IMG/VR virus record: IMGVR_UViG_3300008262_003210
Strand: one strand, 5' to 3'
Length of the DNA: 64,000 nucleotides
From: a virus
Taxonomy: Duplodnaviria; Caudoviricetes
Position numbers and translations under genes: made by a program. The notes under the pieces were generated by a model that was given only the letters and a program-made list of their open reading frames with translations, had not been told where the DNA came from and searched no databases. Positions 57,833 through 64,000 of the stretch are shown here, piece by piece (the first letter of the stretch is position 1; every line of letters begins with the position of its first letter).

Positions 57833-58203
57833 CGAGTTTTACGCACTAACTGTACGCTTTTACGTTTAACACGTTTTAATGTTAAATTCATTAAATTCAC
57901 AACTGGTCCTAATATTACCCTAACATCTTTGCTATTGAATGTTTTAATAGCGTAGGCAAAGGGTTGTATTTGATCTTTACAAATAATACTAATAGGAAAT
58001 TGGCGGTTGCTTTCCCACCACCAAGTTTCTCCTATTTCTAGGAAAACAGTCCGTTCTTCTAAGCTCTTTATAGAGTTAAGGTCGTAAAAGCTGGTTACGA
58101 ATTGATCTTGATTTATTATGATGCCAACGTACTCTTCTTCACCGTAGTTTAGCACACTAATAAAGGGCAAATTTTGTTCTATGTTATCTCTTAATTTTGC
58201 CAT
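57829..58203 (-). CDS. Hypothetical protein (124 aa)
   Basis: Only long ORF in the interval; convergent 4-nt overlap with mini-DnaE. Confidence 0.65.
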   Translation of the reverse strand: MAKLRDNIEQNLPFISVLNYGEEEYVGIIINQDQFVTSFYDLNSIKSLEERTVFLEIGETWWWESNRQFPISIICKDQIQPFAYAIKTFNSKDVRVILGPVVNLMNLTLKRVKRKSVQLVRKTR

Positions 58204-58228
58204 AAATATGTAATAAGGGTTTGTCCAA

Positions 58229-59314
58229 ATGCAAAAAATTTCAAGTTATTTATATCCAAATAGAATTGAACTACTGGCTAATTTGGCAGGCTTTTCAACG
58301 GAGTATACAAACGTGTATCAGAGAACAGTAAAAATTTACAACGGTATAGATAATACCTTAGAGTTTGATATAAAAAATGCAGATCAAAAACGTATTGATT
58401 TAAGTACACTATCTGCAATAGAATTAAACGTCATGGACTCTTCTGGCCAAGCACTTGCCAATAGCCCGTATACAATAGTTCCGTTAAATCAAACAACATT
58501 AAAAGGCCTGGCTTCAGTAACTATCCCTCAAGAAGATCTTGCAGAACTGAGCGAACAGTTTTTAAAATATAGTGTAACTGCTGCTAAAAACGGCCAAGAT
58601 GTTATACTATATGGAGATAGTAGATTTGGTGCCGTTGGCACAATTGAACTAGTTGGAAATGCATTACCTGTATTCAAAGATGACAGAATATACAAAACAT
58701 TTACCGCAGAAATAGATTTAAAGGGACATCCTGTATATCATAGTACTGCCATTCCAGCAACATTTTATGAAGCTGAAAAAACAGCCACACTAGATTTTGA
58801 TGTAACACTTTCTGGATTTACAGGCAGCGTTTGGTTAGAAGGAACAGAAGAGAGCACAATAAGAACCGAAGCATGGAAGGGTGCAGAATACCTAAGCTCG
58901 TATACCTTTGCAGATTTTACCGGTACATGGTCTGTTCCTAACCAGGATATCGCTAATTACAAATATTTTAGAATAAGCTACACTACTCCAAGAGCAAATG
59001 GAGTTGGTGCAAGTTTTAGTGTTAAGTTAAACAGTAATGCTTATGAAGTAACTGTGCGTACTGGCGGCACAGGTTATGCTGTTGGCAGTCAAATAAAAGT
59101 ATTAGGTAGTGTTTTGGGCGGTGTTGATGGAATTAACGATTTGGTTTTGACAGTTACTGGTGTAGATGGCGTCAGTGCCAATTACCCGTCCAGTTATAGT
59201 GTTAGTTCTATCTCGTCTGTGTCAGGAGCAGGTACAGCTGCGAATGGTACTGCCACATACATCGTAACGGGCACAAATATTACCGGAACTGTTGACAAAA
59301 TAACTGTTAGTTAA
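58229..59314 (+). CDS. Virion structural protein (BppU-like N-terminus, tail module at the C-terminus)
   Basis: IY.GIDN.LEFDIKN.DQK pattern; C-terminal GGTGYAVG..I.V.GS.LGG....NDL.LTVTGV module shared with the giant protein; ATAAATA at 58202-58208. Confidence 0.55.
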   Translation: MQKISSYLYPNRIELLANLAGFSTEYTNVYQRTVKIYNGIDNTLEFDIKNADQKRIDLSTLSAIELNVMDSSGQALANSPYTIVPLNQTTLKGLASVTIPQEDLAELSEQFLKYSVTAAKNGQDVILYGDSRFGAVGTIELVGNALPVFKDDRIYKTFTAEIDLKGHPVYHSTAIPATFYEAEKTATLDFDVTLSGFTGSVWLEGTEESTIRTEAWKGAEYLSSYTFADFTGTWSVPNQDIANYKYFRISYTTPRANGVGASFSVKLNSNAYEVTVRTGGTGYAVGSQIKVLGSVLGGVDGINDLVLTVTGVDGVSANYPSSYSVSSISSVSGAGTAANGTATYIVTGTNITGTVDKITVS

Positions 59315-59321
59315 GTATAAT
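59292..59321 (+). promoter_or_regulatory. Consensus sigma70 promoter of primase
   Basis: TTGACA-N18-TATAAT, overlapping the end of the upstream CDS. Confidence 0.75.
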
Positions 59322-59327
59322 AGTGCT

Positions 59328-60305
59328 ATGAGCCTCATAGCCGATACACTACTACAATTCTTACCTGGCAAGCGTAAACAAACTCCAAGCGGTTGGATCA
59401 GTTTTAACGCACCTTGTTGTCAAGACAAAAGACAACGTGGCGGCTTCATTATTAACGGTGGAGATGCTGTTAGTTATCATTGTTTCAATTGCGGATTCAA
59501 AGCAAGTTGGCAACCTGGTAGAACAATAAGTCAAAAAATGAACAAGCTCATGCGAGATTTGAACATGCCCGATGATGTTATTAGTCAACTACGACTTGAA
59601 GCACTACGTTTAAATGAAAACTCAAACGCAACTGTAAGACAAGTTGTTCCTACATTTGAGGCTAGAGCATTACCGCCAGATACACGACCAATTAATGACT
59701 GGCTGGATGAAATGCCAGAAAAGTTAGTGCCGGTATTAGAATATGTTGCTGAACGTAAAATGTATCTAGACTATTATAATTTTCACTGGACTCCTAAGAT
59801 TGGTTTTAGTAACAGACTAATCGTGCCGTTCTATAAAGATGGTGTTTGTGTAGGATATACTGCCCGAGCAGTTAATGATGCTAAACCTAAATATATAAGT
59901 GAGCAACAACCTGGCTATGTGTTTAATTTAGATGCACAACACAATGATAGACAGTTCGTGATTGTTTGTGAAGGGCCATTTGATGCGATAAGTATTGATG
60001 GGTGTGCGTTACTAGGTGCTGAAATTAAAGACAGTCAAAACTGGTTACTTAAACAGTTAGGCAAAGAAATCATTCTAGTACCCGATAAGGATCATGAAGG
60101 TCCTAGAACAGTAGAACAAGCAATTGAGTACGGATGGTCAGTTAGTATGCCTGATTGGCCAGATGGAGTTAAAGATGTCAATGATGCTTATATAAAATTA
60201 GGAAGATTAGCAACTCTTTGGTTGATTACTGCGGCTAAAGAGTCAAACAGTCTTAAAATACAACTACGAGCTAAGAAATGGTTTAGAGATGAAGAAACTA
60301 ATTGA
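59328..60305 (+). CDS. DNA primase (Zn finger + TOPRIM)
   Basis: FNAPCC...YHCFNCGF; VCEGPFDA; PDKD.EG; KD.ND. Confidence 0.85.
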   Translation: MSLIADTLLQFLPGKRKQTPSGWISFNAPCCQDKRQRGGFIINGGDAVSYHCFNCGFKASWQPGRTISQKMNKLMRDLNMPDDVISQLRLEALRLNENSNATVRQVVPTFEARALPPDTRPINDWLDEMPEKLVPVLEYVAERKMYLDYYNFHWTPKIGFSNRLIVPFYKDGVCVGYTARAVNDAKPKYISEQQPGYVFNLDAQHNDRQFVIVCEGPFDAISIDGCALLGAEIKDSQNWLLKQLGKEIILVPDKDHEGPRTVEQAIEYGWSVSMPDWPDGVKDVNDAYIKLGRLATLWLITAAKESNSLKIQLRAKKWFRDEETN

Positions 60306-60390
60306 ATTTTTTAAACAATGGCGCTATTGGCGTCAACGCCGACAACGTTTAAAAGAGTTGGCGGAAAAAGATCCATACATTTACAAATGA
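60289..60390 (+). CDS. Small basic peptide (33 aa; not in the ORF track)
   Basis: MKKLIEFFKQWRYWRQRRQRLKELAEKDPYIYK; its TGA overlaps the carbamoyltransferase ATG (ATGA). Confidence 0.6.
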   Translation: MKKLIEFFKQWRYWRQRRQRLKELAEKDPYIYK

Positions 60391-61331
60391 GCTACTGGGG
60401 AATAAATGCGCTGAATCATGGATCTAGTTTGGCAGTATTTGCCGAATACGACCTCAAGTCTTGGCAAGTCAGCAAAGAAAACACCTTGCCTAGCGAAGTT
60501 ATTAAACAGGCGCTCAATCAAGGCGGCCCTGACAAAATATTTTGGTATGAAAGACCCTGGGTTAAAAAAGCAAGACAGCTATACGCTGGACAATATCGTA
60601 CAGCATTTAATTTAAACACGTTACCTGGTAGATATCTTAAACAAACTCGGTTGGATTATGCCGATGTTTACTATTCGCCCCATCATGCCAGCCATGCAGC
60701 TGCTGGATATTATACTAGTCCATTTAATCATGCGGCTATTGTAGTATTAGATGCTATTGGTGAATTTGAATGTGCTACTATATGGGAAGGAAAGTGTGGT
60801 GAGCTACGCAAGGTTTGGTCTAAAAGTTATCCACATAGTTTAGGATTATTTTATAGTGCCTTTACTAAACTTTGCAGTTTAGAACCAATTAAACAAGAAC
60901 ATTTACTACAAGAAATGGCATTGAACGGTGATCCTACTAGATATTATTTTGATGTTAAGGAGTACATGGGAACATTGATACATGCTCACAAAAATCTACA
61001 CAGAGGAGTGTTAGATTGGCCACATGATATCAATAACATCAAAGATCAATGTGACATTGCAGCCGCCGTCCAAGAAGTTTTTACCGAGCAAGTTGATAGC
61101 ATAATGCGTGTGGCTAAAGAATTAACCGGTGCTGACTGTTTAGTATATATGGGCGGCTGTGCTATGAATAGTGCAGCTAATAAAATTGTAGTTGAACCAA
61201 AATTTAAGTACACATGGAGTTTGCCACAGCCTGGAGACCCTAGTAGTAGTATTGGTGCTGTACTTTATCACACACAATGGCGTGTAGATTGGCGTTATGA
61301 TATAGCCAAGCATATTGCTATTAACACTTAA
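60387..61331 (+). CDS. Carbamoyltransferase (NodU/CmcH/TobZ family), N-terminal Kae1-like domain only
   Basis: HHASHAA, DAIGE, SLGLFYSAFT, GGCAMN, GDPSSSIGA; probable start MSYWGIN at 60387. Confidence 0.8.
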   Translation: MSYWGINALNHGSSLAVFAEYDLKSWQVSKENTLPSEVIKQALNQGGPDKIFWYERPWVKKARQLYAGQYRTAFNLNTLPGRYLKQTRLDYADVYYSPHHASHAAAGYYTSPFNHAAIVVLDAIGEFECATIWEGKCGELRKVWSKSYPHSLGLFYSAFTKLCSLEPIKQEHLLQEMALNGDPTRYYFDVKEYMGTLIHAHKNLHRGVLDWPHDINNIKDQCDIAAAVQEVFTEQVDSIMRVAKELTGADCLVYMGGCAMNSAANKIVVEPKFKYTWSLPQPGDPSSSIGAVLYHTQWRVDWRYDIAKHIAINT

Positions 61332-61343
61332 AGAGCGTATAAT
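61315..61343 (+). promoter_or_regulatory. sigma70-type promoter of the helicase gene
   Basis: TTGCTA-N17-TATAAT; ATG 6 nt downstream. Confidence 0.65.
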
Positions 61344-61349
61344 TAATAG

Positions 61350-62783
61350 ATGAAACAAAATACTGATTACGGTTTTGAAATACAAAAAGTTTATTTAGAA
61401 ATGATGTTGGCAGATGCAGCAACATTTAGTCGTTGCCAAGCAATTTTTGATCACACACTATTTGATCGTAAACTGCAAAATTCTGCTGATTTTATTAACA
61501 ATTATGTCAAAGAACATAGTGTAGTTCCAACGGAAACCATTGTCAATGCAGCTACTGGTTCTGATTTTAAAGTCCCGCATGATTTGAGAGAAGAACATTT
61601 TGATTGGTTACTTACCGACTTTGAAACTTTTATTAGACACAAAGGTCTTGAAAAGGCAATTCTCGAAAGTGCCGACATGCTGGAAAAAGGTGAGTATGGT
61701 AGTGTAGAAGAAAAAATTAAAAAGGCTGTGCAAATTGGTCTACAAAAAGACATGGGTACAGATTACTTTTTAGATCCTCGTTCAAGATTAATGCGTATTA
61801 AAGATAAAAACGGACAGATTAGTACTGGATGGAAAGCCATTGATGATAAACTGTTTGGTGGCATGAATCGAGGAGAGTTGAATATCTTTGCAGGTGGATC
61901 AGGTGCAGGTAAGTCGTTATTCTTGGCTAACTTAGGTTTGAACTGGGCACTACAAGGATTGAATGTAATATATCTAAGTCTTGAACTTAGTGAAGAATTA
62001 GTATCCATGCGTATGGATGCTATGCTAACTGGCATGCCAACTAAAGATGTGTTTAAGAACATAGACGATGTTGAAATGAAGGTTAGGATGATTGGTAAAA
62101 AATCAGGGCAGTTTCAAGTCAAGTATATGCCGTCTGGGAAGACCGTAAATGACATACGTTCGTATATGAAAGAGTATGAAATCAAAATGGAACGTAAAGT
62201 AGATGTACTATTAGTAGACTACTTGGACTTGCTGATGCCTATTGGCAAGAAAATCTCTGCAGAGAACTTGTTTGTCAAAGACAAATATGTGTCTGAAGAA
62301 CTACGTAATCTGTCCATGGAGAAACAATGCATTTGCGTTACAGCGGCACAGTTGAATCGTGGAGCAGTTGAAGAAGTAGAGTTTGACCACAGTCATATCT
62401 CGGGAGGTTTAAGTAAGATTCAGACAGCAGATAATGTGTTTGGTATCTTTACCTCTAGAGCTATGCGTGAACGCGGACGCTATCAAATCCAATTAATGAA
62501 AACACGTAGTTCAAGTGGTGTTGGGCAGAAAATTGATTTAGAGTTTAATATAGATAGTTTGCGTATTACTGACCTAGCTGATGAAGATAGTTACGGTTCC
62601 GGTGCCCCTAGCGCAGGTTCAAGTTTACTCAATCAAATAAAACAAAGGCAAACAGTTGTTGATCCTACTACAGGAGAAGTTGATCCTAACAGTTTGGGCC
62701 AAGCACCAAAAGTTAAAGCCAATGTTGAAAGCACAAAATTAAGAGAACTTTTGAATAATTTACCAAGTGACGATGTAGTGTAA
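61350..62783 (+). CDS. gp41: Replicative DNA helicase (DnaB/T4 gp41-like)
   Basis: GGSGAGKS, YLSLELSE, LVDYLDL, TAAQLNR, SK..TAD, QLMKTR. Confidence 0.9.
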   Translation: MKQNTDYGFEIQKVYLEMMLADAATFSRCQAIFDHTLFDRKLQNSADFINNYVKEHSVVPTETIVNAATGSDFKVPHDLREEHFDWLLTDFETFIRHKGLEKAILESADMLEKGEYGSVEEKIKKAVQIGLQKDMGTDYFLDPRSRLMRIKDKNGQISTGWKAIDDKLFGGMNRGELNIFAGGSGAGKSLFLANLGLNWALQGLNVIYLSLELSEELVSMRMDAMLTGMPTKDVFKNIDDVEMKVRMIGKKSGQFQVKYMPSGKTVNDIRSYMKEYEIKMERKVDVLLVDYLDLLMPIGKKISAENLFVKDKYVSEELRNLSMEKQCICVTAAQLNRGAVEEVEFDHSHISGGLSKIQTADNVFGIFTSRAMRERGRYQIQLMKTRSSSGVGQKIDLEFNIDSLRITDLADEDSYGSGAPSAGSSLLNQIKQRQTVVDPTTGEVDPNSLGQAPKVKANVESTKLRELLNNLPSDDVV

Positions 62784-62851
62784 TCTAGTTGTAATAAGGT
62801 TTTCTTAGTGTTATAATAAATATACGCATATAATAACCGCTGGAGAAAATC

Positions 62852-63295
62852 ATGGAGCTGCACCACATCAAGGACATTAACGATCCGTTCGTTAAAGTTA
62901 TCAAAGACGACCCTGTGCGTCCGCACATTCCTCTTGAACAAAGAGTAAATGATCTAGCGGAAATAATGATTCTCAAAGCAGGTGAAGAAGTACTAGCGGC
63001 TACTTGTATGCAATGGTTACGCGACATTCCAGAAGATGAGCAGGATCTTATTAAACTGGCAGAAACTCACGATGTTGCAGTATTTTATACCATCTGGAGT
63101 TATGCACCTGGTGCTGGTGCTCAATTGCTTCAAGCCGCTGCAGACTGGCTTAAAAAAGAATATAAAGATATTCGAGCTATTGTTACGTTAAGCCCACAAA
63201 CAGAAATGGCTAAAAAATTCCATCTTAAAAACGGTGCAAAGATTCGTAGAGAAAATCCTACATCAGTTAACTACGAATATTACAGTAAAGAATAA
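62852..63295 (+). CDS. GNAT-fold-like protein (147 aa)
   Basis: FYTIWSY.PGAGAQLL...VTLSP....A.KFH.KNGA resembles GNAT motifs A/B; GGAG RBS. Confidence 0.5.
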   Translation: MELHHIKDINDPFVKVIKDDPVRPHIPLEQRVNDLAEIMILKAGEEVLAATCMQWLRDIPEDEQDLIKLAETHDVAVFYTIWSYAPGAGAQLLQAAADWLKKEYKDIRAIVTLSPQTEMAKKFHLKNGAKIRRENPTSVNYEYYSKE

Positions 63296-63321
63296 AAAAG
63301 CCGCACTAAGCGGCTTTTTTT
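63294..63321. terminator. Bidirectional terminator
   Basis: AAAAAAGCCGC-ACTAA-GCGGCTTTTTT between convergent genes. Confidence 0.85.
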
Positions 63322-63970
63322 ATTTGTAGTTTCTTGGAATGTTTGGATCGTAGTTACTACCAGCTCGTTTGTCGCCTTTGAGCATTTGATTGCGTAGCAT
63401 ACGACTGAACGTAGCAATTTGTTCTGGACTATGTGACTTGGGATCTAGCTGATAACCAATAGTACCATTAGCAAGACCTGCCAATACTTTTTTCACATCC
63501 TGCTCAGTATAAGGACCGTCTTTGGCAATAACGCCTTTGAGTCTTGCACGATTCACTGCCATGTTAATGCCCTGAGCATAGGTACTGGTGTTGCCTGTTG
63601 CTGCCGGAATGTCCGACGGTTGTGTATTTACTTTACCTGTAGTATAGATACCACACCATGCAAATGTTTCACATCCTGCTTTGACAGCGGCCGCAAATGC
63701 TTGATTAAAATTGGACATATATTTGATACGAGCTTGATCTTCAATAGTACATTTTTGTGGTGCACCGTCCATTGGCTCAGACCTTGCTGGTGCACCGTCC
63801 ATTGGCTCAGATCTTGCTGGTTCGGCTGGCAACGGATCTAATGCTGTACCTGTAGCTGAATTAGAATTAACAGGAGTTGCAACAGCAGGCTCAGCGGCAC
63901 TTTGAGTATCTGTTCGTTGTAAAGGAACCATTTTAGCATTTACATAGCCGCCGTAACCAGTACGTACCAT
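63320..63970 (-). CDS. Pro/Ala-rich protein with the F..A.A.A...G...F.W motif (216 aa)
   Basis: GGGGAG RBS; FNQAFAAAVKAGCETFAWCGIY. Confidence 0.65.
   Translation of the reverse strand: MVRTGYGGYVNAKMVPLQRTDTQSAAEPAVATPVNSNSATGTALDPLPAEPARSEPMDGAPARSEPMDGAPQKCTIEDQARIKYMSNFNQAFAAAVKAGCETFAWCGIYTTGKVNTQPSDIPAATGNTSTYAQGINMAVNRARLKGVIAKDGPYTEQDVKKVLAGLANGTIGYQLDPKSHSPEQIATFSRMLRNQMLKGDKRAGSNYDPNIPRNYK
63758..63820 (-). repeat. 30-nt in-frame tandem duplication (PARSEPMDGA x2)
   Basis: tggtgcaccgtccattggctcaga(c/t)cttgc twice, with one mismatch. Confidence 0.9.
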
Positions 63971-64000
63971 TTCTCCCCCTGCGCCAAGCGGAGTAGTGCC

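Noticed and set aside
42182-60386. ORF-track N-terminal extensions (42182, 43746, 48926, 57167, 60318; also 23773, 32279, 41705)
   Set aside because: They run through terminators or upstream genes; downstream ATGs fit the promoters, RBSs or coupling better.
1-64000. Stop-codon reassignment, as in some large phages
   Set aside because: Core genes are full length in the standard code, with TAA, TGA and TAG all used as stops.
1-64000. tRNA, rRNA, CRISPR arrays, introns, inteins
   Set aside because: Intergenic gaps are at most about 120 nt with no cloverleaf or spacer-repeat pattern; terminase, UvsW, UvsX and helicase have normal lengths.

Overview
This is 64 kb of a large T4-related (myovirus-type) phage genome in the standard genetic code. 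I found no tRNA, rRNA, CRISPR, integrase or transposase. All family assignments are from motif recognition only; no database search was run. Layout: (1) 1-15459 (+): a giant virion protein (>3560 aa, 5'-truncated), two small structural genes, three paralogous Gly-rich fibre genes and a fibre chaperone. (2) 15460-28911 (-): a near-gapless 18-gene island of 12 Fe(II)/2OG-type oxygenases, 3 flavin-dependent (Trp-halogenase-like) enzymes, 2 DUF6065-like proteins and a small Cys-rich protein. It lies downstream of gp14-gp15-Nudix and ends tail-to-tail with the fibre operon with no gap. (3) 29-46.8 kb: neck, dNMP kinase, sheath, tube, gp4, probable internal head proteins and large terminase. (4) 46.8-64 kb: gp32-like SSB, UvsX, UvsY, UvsW, a 192-aa miniature DnaE, primase, a half carbamoyltransferase and the replicative helicase. 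Best candidate for an undescribed system: a late-expressed oxidative/halogenating tailoring island coupled to the tail-fibre module, possibly modifying virion proteins or host receptors (inference). Other highlights: nine genes whose promoters predict leaderless mRNAs, a promoter-dependent RBS-occluding hairpin at the dNMP kinase gene, a short F..A.A.A...G...F.W.G..Y motif in three unlinked proteins, the mini-DnaE, and phycobiliprotein-like CxRDIGY repeats in the giant virion protein. Several ORF-track starts were corrected.
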